A stretch of 64,000 nt of DNA, taken from the NCBI GenBank assembly GCA_030390025.1, contig CM059431.1:107138001-107202000 (forward strand). The letters are read 5' to 3'. Shown here piece by piece: positions 49,151-62,090 of this stretch. The position numbers and the translations under genes were made by a program. The DNA is from Squalus acanthias (taxonomy: Eukaryota). The first letter of the stretch is position 1. Each line of letters begins with the position of its first letter. The notes beneath the pieces are model-generated. The model made no database searches, was not told the origin of the DNA, and saw only the letters and a list, made by a program, of their open reading frames with translations.

Positions 49151-50889
49151 TGGTGGTGAAGGAGAGCCATCAGCCTACCCATCACTACTGAATAAACATT
49201 TAAAGGTCCAGCTATAGGAAGAAAGAAAGACTTGCATTTTTATAGCACCTTTCATGACCTCAGGACGTCCCAACACGCTTTACAGCCAATGAAGTACTTT
49301 CGAAGTGTAGTCACTGTTGTAATGTAGGGAAGACTTATATTAGTCAACACAATGGGGCAATTTTAACCCTATTCTCTCAGGAGAAACCTGGCAGGTGGGC
49401 AGTTAAAATCGCCCTGGCTTTTACCTGTCCGAAAGCCACCATAATTGCAACATCTGCAATTTTAACCTGCTCTCCTGAGCAGGCAGCAAGGACACACTCC
49501 CGGAGCCAACAGGGTCCTTCTTTACATATGTATGTAGCGGACCGATGACATCATTGAGACCCGACTGTAATTTTAACTCAGGCTCGAGCGGGGAATCCAC
49601 CTGGAGTTAAAATCGGGGCCGGGTCAGTCTATTGCTTACTCTACCCAGCATCAACAAGTTAGAAAGAAGAAAGAAAGACTTACATTTATGTAGACGCCTT
49701 TCACAACTTCAGGAGTAGTTTGGTATCAATGGTTTTCCCAATGTCCTGAGGGCCAATTGCTTTCACACACTGGCCTTCTGAATCTCCAGAGAAAACTCTT
49801 TTTTGCAATTCAACGTTACTTAATTTGATGAACATGCTACCCATGATGTGAAGAAGAGAATTAGAGATCTCAGTTACTCAGGAAGGTACCACGATTCTTG
49901 CATTTTAACTAATAGTCTGGTTGAAAAGTGTGAGGCACAGGAAATTGAGGTGTTAAAATTCACAGTAAGTCTAATAATTTATCCATCTGTAATTAGCCAA
50001 AATGTATTTTTTGACTTTTGCTATTCCTTCTGATTTTTCAGTTGCTGACAGTGATTAATATATAAATACTTGATTCTTCAATTTATTTCAGATCCATAGT
50101 CTGCCAAAATAATTAAAATGCGATGATAATTTATTATTCCACTTGGTCTGTAATGGAGAGAAGTTTTTGCATTCTGAAAATCAGTTTTTCTTTCAATACT
50201 TTATGCTCCAATGTAATTTGCTGTCGCCTCTTCTCCTGAAGTCAGTGAATCATGCTGGAATAGATTATTTCAAACCCTGCAGATCCCCTGGTACCTCACT
50301 CCACTGGTCATTCTTGTCTGTGATCCAAGAGAGTGAGTATTGGTGGGCTATTTGATTGTGGGAGCATTACTTCTAATCCTTCCCTCATCCGACACATGCA
50401 CTTCCAGCAAGAATCACTGTGTTCAGGAACAGTTACCTTGACTCTTTTCCTCCCTACATCGGAGGTGGACACTTGTGTATCCCAATATCATGTTTGAGAG
50501 CGACAAATCAAACACACAAGATCAAACAAGAGGCTAGAAATTCATTATAGCCCAGGAATGGGTGGTATAATTAGAAAAGTTGGAGAATTAGCACCAGGCA
50601 CTAATGTTTTAGACTGCACGCAAAAATGATGCTCAATGCTCAAAGAAATGATTGGAGCGCTAATTCAAGTCTTAAAGCCCAAGCTCATTGGCGTTACACT
50701 CAAAGGGTGGACCAATATTGCGTGCAGTCTAATCTCAAGTCATGATTGCCAGAGGCTTTTTCCAGTTCTTAAAGGGGAGGTTAATTGATGCTGCAGAACC
50801 TCATTCTCAGCATTGCTGGCTGTGCAGCTGCCTCAGGAAGCAACAGCAGGTCAAGGAGAAGGAGCCAGAGGACTGAAGCAGCTGTACTC

Positions 50890-52766
50890 ATGGCAGATCC
50901 ACGCCCCAGGGAGAGAGCCCACAGATTGAACGATCAAGCATTGGAGGCATTGGTGTTCGCTGTGGAGAAACGGAGGGCAATGTTCCACCTGGCAATTGGC
51001 AGGAGCCCCTCGCAGCAAGGCTTCCGCACCATGTGGAGGGAGGTAGCACAGCATGTGGAGGGCAGCACTGTGGTTCCCAGGACCCACATACAGTGCAGGA
51101 TGAAATTTAACAACCTCACTTGGGTGGTCAGGGTGAGTGAAAATATCAGCTAATGCTACATATCACCATCTGTACCACAATCTTCACACACTGCCCAAAG
51201 CACCACACCCCCAGCACTTACCCACCAACAATCTCTACCAACCAACACTCACACCCCACATCTCACACCTTGCACACAATTACAGCTATTCAACTGTGGC
51301 AGGCACATCACCCAAACACATTGCTCCACACTCACTCACACACTTCCCTTTCTCTTGCAGGCCAAGTTGGCTCACAACAGGAGGGAGCAGGAGCGCACAG
51401 GCGGGGGACAAGCCGACACCCAACCACTGTCTGAGCTGGAGAATAGTGTGCTGGAGCTTATTGGGCGCCAGGTGGTGGGCGCCGTGGCCGCCGGCGACAG
51501 TGACTCCCTTGGGGACTACAACGGTATGTTCCTCCCTACTCCTTCTTCTCACATCCCACTTCCCCCTCACCCTTCAAGCCTTTCGCACTTTCCAGCTAAT
51601 CATGCTGTATGCAAGCATTTCTCCCTTCCTGCCCGACCTTAAAAGACCTTAATTTCAGATAATCAGCAAGCACCTGAGCAGCCTGTCCCTGTTGGCACCG
51701 CAGAGAGCGAGGGGGATGAAGAGGAGGAGGAGGAAGAACACATCGCGTCACTGCATGTCTCACCCGCAGGCACCAGCTCAGATACTGGCACTACGCGTTC
51801 TTTAGAGGCTAGTATAGTAGCGGGAACTGCACAGGGTGAGGCACCGGGGATGAGTGGGTTGCAGCAAGGCCGGGGGAAAGGGTAGCTCAGGGGCCAGCTC
51901 CTCAGAGGTTGAGTTTGCACGTGAGTTCTGCTGCACAGGACTCAGATGAGGACCTTGATGGGGAAGCCTTTAGAAGACGGGTGATGGGCATGCACATGGA
52001 GATGATAGGTGCAATGTCAAGGGTGCCAGAGAGACTCTCGGCAATGATAAGGAGCATGGAGGAGTCCGCCTCCAACATTGCACAAGACTCTGTGCACAAC
52101 ATGGAGCCCATCATTTCCAGTCTGCAAGGGATGGTAGACTCCCAGAAAGACCGTGGTGACCCAGACCTGATACCGCGTGTGATGGGCGATGTCGCAGTTT
52201 CCATTGCAGCACAGGTGGAAGCGACGCAATGTCTTAGTACTGTAATGCAGTCTATGCTTGGTGGCATCCAATCTCAGACTGCTCTCATGTAGTCTCAGCT
52301 TAATGCCATGTAAACTCTGACTGCTGCCATCGTGGCTGGGTCTAGCACTGTCGACCGGGACTTTCACGGTGTCGTAGCAGGCCAGCAATCTGTGCTCCAC
52401 CAGATTGCTCGGGATGCTGAGGTGCTGCCCCGGGGGAGTGGCAGTGGGTCAGTGGAGCAGGAACCTGCTGTCCTCTCTCAGGGTGACAGCATTCCTGCTC
52501 CCACCACTGCCACTCCGCATTGCCCTTGTCGCTGCCTGTCATCCAGTCAGCTGAGATTGCTACCGCCCATGCTGAGGTGGTGCAGTCTACAGCCGGGCCT
52601 TCCAGGCCCAGAGCTGGTCGAGGGCATCCTGCAAGGCCATCTGAAGTCTCCCGCATGGACACTCACCCGCCGTGCTGCAGCCACTGGGCCAACACTTCGT
52701 AGGAGCACTAGAGTAGGCAAAGGCACAGTAACAACAGGCACTAATGGATTGCACAAGGGTGAATAG
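50890..52766 (+). pseudogene. Harbinger Myb/SANT-like protein, 3 exons (50890-51132, 51361-51523, 51659-~52766)
   Basis: RERAHRLNDQALEALV...MWREVA...RTHIQCRMKFNNL; exon 2 AKLAHNRREQERTGGG; canonical splice sites; frameshifts and stops in exon 3. Confidence 0.82.
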
Positions 52767-52931
52767 TTAATAATTTTTTTGTAAATATGTATTCACTGAT
52801 TATTGATAAATTAATTAATTCAGTTTGGATTCTTTTGTGGTGTGTCTCATTTCAGCTTTGTGCTGTGATATGGCCTGCGACAGGGATGGAATGATGGGGA
52901 TGTGGTGCGCAAAGGGGATCTGAGGTTTAAT

Positions 52932-53115
52932 TTATTTGAACTGCAGTCTGATGAGGTGATCACGGACCGCCCTTCCGGAAGGCCAATTGAGTGGCTGCCT
53001 CCTCCCTCGCTCTTGTTCCTCCTCCTCCTCATCGCCCTCCTTGTCTTCCTCTTCCTCCTTGTTCTCCTCCTCCTCTCCCTCTTCCTCCTCCTGAGGTGGT
53101 CCTGCAATCCCTGGT
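52932..53115 (-). pseudogene. C-terminal remnant of Harbinger (HARBI1-like) transposase, convergent with the Myb gene
   Basis: Acidic tract then GRAVRDHLIRLQFK*, typical of the C-terminus of this family. Confidence 0.6.
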
Positions 53116-54174
53116 GACTTGAATTTCTATAGTGTCTTTCACGACCTTAGGGCGTCCCAAAGCGTTTTACAGCCAATTAAGTACTTTTTTGAAGTGTAGT
53201 CACTGTTGTAATGTAGGAAACGGGGCAGTCAAATTGCATCCCATGAACAGCAATGTGATAATGACCAGATAATCTGTTTTTGTGATGTTGATTGAGGGAT
53301 AAATATTGGCCCCAGGACACCAGGGATAACTCCCCTGCTCTTCTGTCGAAATAGTGTCATGGGATCTTTAACATCCACCTGAGAGAGCAGACGGGACCTC
53401 GGTTTAACGTCTCATCTGAAAGACAGCATCTCTGACAGTGCAGCACTCCCTTAGTATTGCACTGGAGTGTCAGCCTAGATTTTTGTGCTCAAGTCTCATG
53501 GAGTGGGACTTGAACCCATTACCTTCTGACTCAGAGGTGAGAGTGCTACCCACTTTTTTTATATATATTATTTATTGAACATTAAAAACATTTACAACAT
53601 CGTGATCATTCCATTGTATCATACAAATCCATTCCGCTGCTCTGCACAACTATTTCTCCACCGCTTATTAACATCAAAACCTGAAGTTTAATTTGTCTCT
53701 CATAACATATACTAATCTATTGTACTTTAAAAATTGAGCAATAATCATGGCTCCGAATAAGGGAAGTGTGTCTGATTTGGGAACTAAATGTTCCAGGATA
53801 CATAACTTTTAGAAGGGATAGGCAAAATGGAAAAAGAGGAGGGGTAGCCCTGATAATAAAGGATGGGATACAGACAGTAGAGAAAAGGATCTTAGCTCTG
53901 AAAATCAAGAAGTAGAATCAGCTTGGGTGGAGCTACGAAACAGCAAGGGGCAGAAAACATTGGTGGGAGTTTTTATAGGCCCCCAAACAGTCGTTGTAAT
54001 GTAGGGCATTGTATAAATCAGGAAATTAGAGGCGCATGTAACAAAGGTAATACAGTAATCATGGGGGACTTTAATCTACATATAGACTGGGCAAACCAAA
54101 TTTGCAGTAATAGTGTGGAGGACGAATTCATGGAATGCATGCAAGATAGTTTTCTAGATCAGTATGTTGAGGAG

Positions 54175-55918
54175 TGTAGGCTTCACAAAATTCCCCAGAA
54201 ACTTGAACAGAACCCTAAAGGGGGTGATTTTTGGATTTTTATACGAATTTGGAATGATGGGACCTAAATGAAGGAATTTGAGGTCAAAACCTCAGTTTTG
54301 GACATTTTTAAGGATCAGGGAAGAAAAACCCTGAGGAAAATGACTTTGGAAAAATACTATACCTTTAAAAGGGCCATTGGGAAAACCTGCAGTCACAGAA
54401 ACTCCACAGGCTGCAGGAAAGGGTGTGGTGAGGCAGTGGACAGCTTTTGGAAATTGGGACCGAGCCAAGCTGTCTGGAAGATGTTTGCACTGCAATCCAA
54501 CCAAGGAGGAAGAGCCTCACCCAAAACCTCACATACACATCCAAAAATGAATAATCCAAGACCACTTTTGAAATCCCCAGGACCAAACAGGATGCTAGAA
54601 ACCTGAAAACAATAAAACATCCAGTACATCCATCACCCCATCAAAAACCAATCAGCCAAGTATCTACAGGGACGGATTAACAAGCCCGTCAATAACCTAA
54701 GACAAAAGGGACGAGATTTGGCGCGTAGATAAAGGCCCTGCCTAAATGGGAGAGATCGGAAGCCATCAGGACAAATTAACACCAAGTTAAAATCATCAAA
54801 ACTTAACAAGCCCGCCAAAACCTAAGACAATGGAATAAACAGGCCTCAACTGAAACCTAAATCACTTCAACAAGAAACCGATTTAGTAAAGGGGTTTTGG
54901 CGCAACAAACACAATAGGCCTGAACAGTATAATTGAGGGCCAAATCCCCCAAGAAAGTTAGTTACAGCAAGACACAGCAAGTTACTCACCGCTACAGGAG
55001 CCACACGACATGAGCAGGAGGAGGAGAGAAGCAGCAAGGCCACGAGGCAGACCTGGGGCAAGATCAGAGGCAGGGACAGACAAGGCCAGGCAAGGGCTAG
55101 AGCTGAGACCACTGGAAGCGAGTCGGCATCACTCAGTCCACGGTCCAGCTCCAGGAGGTACCACCCCGACAGGCCTCCAATGCAACAAAACAATCACCAG
55201 AGCCGCCAAGGGCTCCACGAGGTGAACCGCCACTCAAAAGTATCGCGGGAACCAAGGCCCCGCGCAACAACCAACCACCAGGCAACTACAACCAAAAACC
55301 AGGCCAACACCAGGAAAAACCGAGGACACGCAAGTTTCAACACTACTAACTATTACTGACTTATCCCTGGGTAAGATTTTTCCGTTAAAAATCTCTAAAC
55401 CCTACCTCTAAGGGAGAAAAATCGGGTACTTACCTGATAAAGTCCAATACGCACCTTACCGCATCTGCGGACAAACCCAAATTGACCTGGAGTGCAGCTG
55501 GAGTCTTCTACCACGTCCGGGGTACGGCAGGTCCCAACAATCAAAAACCTTAGTGAACCCCGAAATCACGAAATACCTTAACTGTCAAGAACTGTCATTG
55601 GTGAGCATTATCCCTGATCCTCTGGAATTAAACCTAGCTAGACAGTGGGATTGGGAGGGATAAGGGTTTTTGTATATTGTCATGCTCCCTCGCCTGTACC
55701 GTGTGTTCCCCAACCTGTGTTTAAGCATTAAGTGTGTTTTAAGTTTGTTACCTTTTTCTTTTAATAAAGTCAAAATTCTTTCATCAAAATCTGTTGTCTA
55801 CTGCATCTTTGTTCACAACCCCTAAATAAGTCCAAGGTCTAGAACCAGGGGCGGGGGAGCGATTCGAACCGCTCACTGAGTCAGAGGTGAGGCTGACCCT
55901 ACCACACCACCCCCTACA
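54175..55918 (+). mobile_element. Solo LTR (1744 bp)
   Basis: TGTAGG...CCTACA termini; 4-bp TSD GGAG; splits CR1 QYVE|EPTR; AATAAA at ~55763. Confidence 0.9.
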
Positions 55919-56577
55919 GGAGCCAACTAGGGAACAGGCTATTTTAGATCTACTATTGTGCAACAAGAAAGGGTTAATTAATAACCTTGTACTAAAGGGG
56001 CCTTTAGGGAAGAGTGTTCATAATATGATAGAATATTATATGGAGTTTGAAAGTGACTTAGTTAAATCCAAAACTAGGGTCTTAAATCTAAACAAAGCAA
56101 ACTACGTAGGTATGAGGGGCGAGTTGGCTAAGGTAGATTGGGAAACTACATTGATAGGTATGACAGCGGATGAACAATGGGTAGTATTTAAAAAAATTAA
56201 TACATAATTTACAAATATATATTCCTTTAAAGCACAAACACCCCACAGGAAAAGTGATCCAACCGCGTCTAACAAGAGAAGTTAAAGATAGTATTCAATC
56301 AAAGGAAGAGGCTTATACTGCTGCCAAAAAGAGTAGTAAGCCTGAGGAGTGGGAGGATTTTAAAATTCAGCAAAGGATGACCAAGAAATTGATAAAGAAA
56401 AGGAAAATAGAATATGAGAGTAAACTAGCGAGAGACATAAAAACAGACTGTAAATGCTTTGATAGGTATGTAAAAAGGCGAAGATTAACGAAAGTAAATG
56501 AGGGTCCCTTACAGGCTGAGACAGGAGAAATTATAATTGGGAACAAGGAAATGGCAGAAAAATTAAACAAATACTTT

Positions 56578-57445
56578 GGGCTAGATTTTACTCACCGAGA
56601 CGAATTGGGGGCGGGATTGCTGCCTTCCGGATTCTATTCCCGCCCCCAGCGTCGTCCGACTTACAGACGCTATTTTCCCGTGATTGGCCTTGTTCAGCCT
56701 GCCCTATGGGCTTGCTGGCCAATTAAGGGAAAGCCGGTGTCAGATGACCTCAGTTGATGATGCTTCATCTGCCGGTTTTCTTAAAGGCACATGAAACATA
56801 AGTTTTTGACAGATGATTTGGCAGCGTTTGACAGCATTGAGGTGCTGTCAAACACTGACGATCACTGTACAAAGGTGAGCCCTTACACCGATGGCTCTCC
56901 AAAGACTCTCTCCTTGGGATGAAACAGATGGCAGCTGCAGGTGAGGGTACAGATTTGATCTGTCACTTCTCCCATTGAGGTGAGGCCACACAAACACTTC
57001 AAAACTTGTCACCTACAGAAAAATCTAAACACATTAAAAATGACTTTCCCAACATTTCCTTACCTCTGATACTCACCAGTGTCCCATTGCATCCTTCACA
57101 CCACTTCTGCAGCTGTCATCTGTACACCAACAGTACAACAGACCCACAGCACACCTCACTTACCCTGGCGGGGTTCCCCAATGTCAGGAAGCCCGCAGCA
57201 GAAATCTAAAAATTGGAAAAAGTCTCTTAACTGCCTGTTAACTACCTGTTAACAGGCAGTTAAGTGGCAATAATCCTTTTCCCGCCGCTCGGAGTCAGGT
57301 CCCTGCGCAAATCGGGGACCCGACTCCCGGGAAGATTGGTTGGAGGCGGGTTCGGAGCGGGTTCAGGAGCCACTCCCATTCTTTTTGACTTTCCCAGCAG
57401 TCCCACCTCCAAACCCGACTCCTCAGGGCTGGTAAAATCCAGCCC
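56578..57445. mobile_element. Harbinger-type MITE in CR1
   Basis: TIR gggctagattttac / gtaaaatccagccc; splits CR1 NKYF|SVFT. Confidence 0.8.
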
Positions 57446-58466
57446 TGAGTGTCTGTCTTCACAGAAGAAGACACAAAAAACTTCCCGGAAAGAGTGGTCT
57501 AGCGAGAATGAGGAACTGAAAGAAATTAGTATTAGTAAAAAAGTAGTACTGGAGAAATTATTTGGACTGAAAGCCAATAAATCACCGGACCCTGATGGCC
57601 TACATCTATGGGTTTTGAAAGAGTTGGCTATAGAGATAGCGGATGCATTGGTTGTCATTTTCCAAAATTCCATAGATTCTAGAATGGATCCAGCTGATTG
57701 GAAGGTAGCAAATGTAACCCCACTATTTAGAAAGGAGGGAGAGAGAACACGGGAAACTACAGACCAGTTAGCCTGACATCAGTAGTAGGGAAAATGCTTG
57801 AATCTATTATTAAGGACGTGGTAACAGGGCACTTAGAAAATAATAATAGGATTGGGCAGAGTCAACACAGATTTATGAAAGGGAAATCATGTTTGACAAA
57901 TCTGTCAGAATTTTTGAGGTTGTAGCTAGCAGAATAGATAAGGGGGAAGCAGTGGCTGTGATGTATTTGGATTTTCAGAAGGCATTCGATAAGGTGCCAC
58001 ACAAGAGGTTATTAAACAAAATTAGGGCTCATGGGATTGGGGGTAATATACTGGCATGGATTGAGGATTGGTTAACGGACAGAAAACAGAGAGTAGGAAT
58101 AAACGGGTCATTTTCGGGTTGGCAGGCTGTAATTAGTGGAGTACCGCAAGGATCAGTGCTTGGGCCTCAGCTATTCACAATCTATATCAATGATTTGGAT
58201 GAGGGGACCAAATGTAATATATCCAAGTTTGCTGATGATACAAAACTGGGTGGGAACGTAAGTTGTGAGGAGGATGCAAGGAGGCTTCAAGGGGATATAG
58301 ACAGGCTAAGTGAATGGGCAAGAACATGGCAAATGGAGTATAATGTGGAGAAATGTGAAGTTATCCACTTTGGTAGGAAAAATAGAAAAGCAGAGTATTT
58401 TTTAATAACAACAGAAAACGCTGGAAAAACTCAGCAGGCCAGGCAGCATCCGTGGAGAGAGAAAGA

Positions 58467-58505
58467 GAGTTAACGTTTCAGGTCGATGACCTTTCATCAG
58501 AACTG
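58467..58505 (-). ncRNA. Minimal hammerhead ribozyme (Penelope pLTR)
   Basis: agtt-CTGATGA-aggtc atc gacct-GAAACGTT-aact. Confidence 0.75.
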
Positions 58506-59262
58506 GGAAGAGCCGGAAATCAAATAGATTTAAGGCCAGGGTAAAGCTGGGAAAAGGGGGAGGGGATAAAGGAACAAAGGTGGAGATGAAGAGACATTAA
58601 GAGACATTAAGAGATATGCAAGGCTAGAGGTAGTGTTAATGTGACAGATTAAGGCTGAATGAAGTGTGAAATCCACTGGCAGAATGAAGGACAGCTGCCA
58701 GCTTCTAGGAGGAAAAAAAAGGTGGGGGGGGACAAATAAAAGGGTGGATAAAATAAAATATAAATGTGATTGGAGCTGAGGTTATGATCTAAAATTGTTG
58801 AACTCGATATTGAGTCCAGAGGGCTGTAGCGTGCCTAAACGAAAGATGAGGTGCTGTTCCTCGAGCTTACGCTGAGCTTCCGTGGAACAGTGTAATAGGC
58901 CGAGGACGGTGAGGTCAGAGTGGGAGTGAAGCGGTGAATTAAAGTGACAGGCCACCGGGAGCTCGGGGTCCCCCTTACGGACTGAACGGAGGTGTTCCGC
59001 AAAGCGGTCACCCAATCTGCGTTTGGTCTCCCCAATGTAGAGGAGTCCACATCGTGAGCAGCGAATACAGTATACTAAATTGCAGGAAGTACAAGTAAAT
59101 CGCTGTTTCACCTGGAAGGGGTGTTTGGGGCCCTGGACAGTGGGAAGAGGGGAGGTATAAGGGCATGTGTTGCATCTCCTGCGCGTGCACGGGAAGGTGC
59201 CGGGCGAAGGGGAAGGGGTGCTGGGGGTGGTAGAGGAGTGGACTAGGTTGTCGCGGAGGGAG

Positions 59263-60504
59263 CTTGTTCTCACATTGATCAACTTCTCCTTTGACTCTAC
59301 CCATTTCCTCCAAATTAAAGGTGTTGCTATGGGTACCCGCATGGGTCCTAGCTATGCCTGCCTTTTCGTGGGATATGTGGAACACTCTTTGTTCCAGTCC
59401 TACTCGGGTCCCCTCCCTCACCTCTTTTTCCGGTACATTGATGACTGTATCGGTGCCGTCTCCTGCTCTCGCCCTGAACTAGAACATTTCATTCACTATG
59501 CTTCCAATTTCCACCCTTCCCTCACCTTCACATGGTCCATCTCCGACTCTTCCCTTCCCTTCCTCGACTTCTCCATCTCCATCTCTGGGGATAGGTTATT
59601 GACTAACATTCACTACAAGCCCACCGACTCCCACAGCTACCTGGACTACACTTCCTCCCACCCCGCCTCCTGTAAGGACTCTATTCCATTCTCCCAGTTT
59701 CTCCGTCTCCGCCGCATCTGCTCTGTTGATGCCACCTTCCATACCAGTGCTTCCGACATGTCTTCCTTTTTCCTCAACCGAGGATTCCCCTCTACCGTGG
59801 TCGACACGGCCCTCGACCGTGTCCGTTCTATCTCCCGCACATCTGCCCTCACCCCTGCCCCTCCCTCCCGGAACCACGATAGGGTTCCCCTTGTCCTCAC
59901 CTTTCACCCCACCAGCCTCCACATTCAACGGATCATCCTCCGCCATTTCCGCCACCTCCAGCGTGATCCCACCACCAAACACATCTTCCCCTCACCTCCC
60001 CTTTCAGCATTCCGTAGGGACCGCTCCCTCCGCGACACCCTAGTCCACTCCTCTACCACCCCTAGCACCCCTTCCCCTTCACCCGCCACCTTCCCGTGCA
60101 CGCGCAGGAGATGCAACGCATGCCCTTATACCTCCCCTCTTCCCACTGTCCAGGGCCCCAAACACCCCTTCCAGGTGAAACAGCGATTTACTTGTACTTC
60201 CTGCAATTTAGTATACTGTATTCGCTGCTCATGATGTGGACTCCTCTACATTGGGGAGACCAAACGCAGATTGGGTGACCGCTTTGCGGAACACCTCCGT
60301 TCAGTCCGTAAGGGGGACCCCGAGCTCCCGGTGGCCTGTCACTTTAATTCACCGCTTCACTCCCACTCTGACCTCACCGTCCTCGGCCTATTACACTGTT
60401 CCACGGAAGCTCAGCGTAAGCTCGAGGAACAGCACCTCATCTTTCGTTTAGGCACGCTACAGCCCTCTGGACTCAATATCGAGTTCAACAATTTTAGATC
60501 ATAA
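59263..60504 (+). pseudogene. Penelope RT C-half + GIY-YIG endonuclease (5'-truncated, one stop)
   Basis: ORF to 60234 continues in frame to 60504; the stop is CGA in the inverted arm. Confidence 0.9.
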
Positions 60505-60780
60505 CCTCAGCTCCAATCACATTTATATTTTATTTTATCCACCCTTTTATTTGTCCCCCCCCACCTTTTTTTTCCTCCTAGAAGCTGGCAGCTGTCCTTC
60601 ATTCTGCCAGTGGATTTCACACTTCATTCAGCCTTAATCTGTCACATTAACACCACCTCTAGCCTTGCATATCTCTTAATGTCTCTTAATGTCTCTTCAT
60701 CTCCACCTTTGTTCCTTTATCCCCTCCCCCTTTTCCCAGCTTTACCCTGGTCTTAAATCTATTTGATTTCCGGCTCTTCC

Positions 60781-60819
60781 CAGTTCTGATGAAAGGTCAT
60801 CGACCTGAAACGTTAACTC
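60781..60819 (+). ncRNA. Minimal hammerhead ribozyme (Penelope pLTR)
   Basis: agtt-CTGATGA-aggtc atc gacct-GAAACGTT-aact. Confidence 0.75.
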
Positions 60820-61176
60820 TCTTTCTCTCTCCACGGATGCTGCCTGGCCTGCTGAGTTTTTCCAGCGTTTTCTGTTGTTATTTCGGATTTCCAGCATCCG
60901 CAGTATTTTGCTAGAGTATTTTTTAAATGGTTCGAGATTGGGAAATGTTGGTGTTCAGAGGGACCTGAGTGTCCTTGTACATGAATCACTGAAAGTTAAC
61001 ATGCAGGGACAGCAAGCAATTAGGAAAGCAAATGGTATGTTGGCCTTTATTACAAGAGTATTTGAGTATAAGAGTAAAGTCGTCTTACTGCAATTATATA
61101 GGGCCCTGGTGAGACCACACCTGGAGTATTGTGTACAGTTTTGGTCTCCTTACCTAAGGAAGGATATACTTGTCAT

Positions 61177-61330
61177 GATGCGGAGATGCCGGTGTTGGAC
61201 TGGGGTGGACAAAAATGAGAAGTCACACAACACCAGGTTATAGTCCAACAGTTTTATTTGAAATCACAAGCTTTCGGAGCTTACGTGGCCCCTTCCTCAG
61301 GTGAAGTAAGAGATACAGAATCGCCAAAGC
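61177..61330 (-). mobile_element. 154-bp hammerhead-containing mini-insertion (second Penelope family)
   Basis: 13-bp TSD ATATACTTG(T/C)CAT; similar to 48605-48730; cac-CTGAGGA-stem-GAAAGCTT-gtg at 61265-61303. Confidence 0.78.
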
Positions 61331-62090
61331 ATATACTTGCCATCGAGGGAGTGCAATGAAGGTTCACCAGACTGATTCCTGGGATGGGGGGATTCTCCTA
61401 TAAGGACAGATTGAGGAGACTAGGCCTATATTCTCTGGAGTTTAGAAGAATGAGAGGTGATCTCATTGAAACATACAAAATTCTTACAAGGCTTGACAGG
61501 GTAGATGCAGGGAGGATGTTTCCCCTGGCTGGGGAGTCTAGAACCAGGGGTCACAGTCTCAGAATAAGGGGTCGGCCATTTAGGACTGAGATGAGGAGAA
61601 ATTTCTTCACTCAGAGGGTGGTGAATCTTAGGAATTCTCTACCGCAGTGGGCTGTGGAGGCTTAGTCGTTGAGTATATTCAAGACAGAGATCGATAGATT
61701 TTTGAATATTAAGGGAATCAAGAGATATGGGGATAGTTCAGGAAAGTGGAGATGAGGTAGAAGATCAGCCATGATCTTGTTGAATGGCGGAGCAGGCTCG
61801 AAGGGCCAAATGGCCTACTCCTGCTCCTATTTCTCATGTTCTTATGTTCTTATAATCCCTCCATCATTTAATCTCCAGCCCTTACCTCCTCTCCTGCTCC
61901 TTCACAACTTTTCGGGCAGCTGTTGCTTTCTCCTGCAGCCTCCGGCTCTTTTTCACCTCCTGTTTGAACCTTCCCTGCAGTTTCAGCCTCTTCCTTACAT
62001 TAGGTTTGGACTGAGGACCTGCCTCTTCTCCCTCTTTCTGCCCCTCACTAACCTCTCCCTTTCCACACTATGTCACCCCACCCCCCACTT

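Larger units (their letters stand above)
58406..60912 (+). mobile_element. Penelope-like element with inverted pLTR arm (58406-59262 minus; 59263-60912 plus)
   Basis: RT motifs GVAMG and RYIDD; GIY-YIG (VYCIRC..CGLLYIGET); ~850-bp near-perfect inverted repeat; 14-bp TSD AGAGTATTTTTTAA. Confidence 0.93.
53747..61851 (+). mobile_element. 5'-truncated CR1 inserted in the Tx1 element and itself interrupted four times
   Basis: Colinear APE-RT fragments (53923, 55887, 56254, 57264, 57889, 60875, 61384); tail at 61830-61851; candidate TSD ATAATC (53741-53746 / 61852-61857). Confidence 0.88.
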
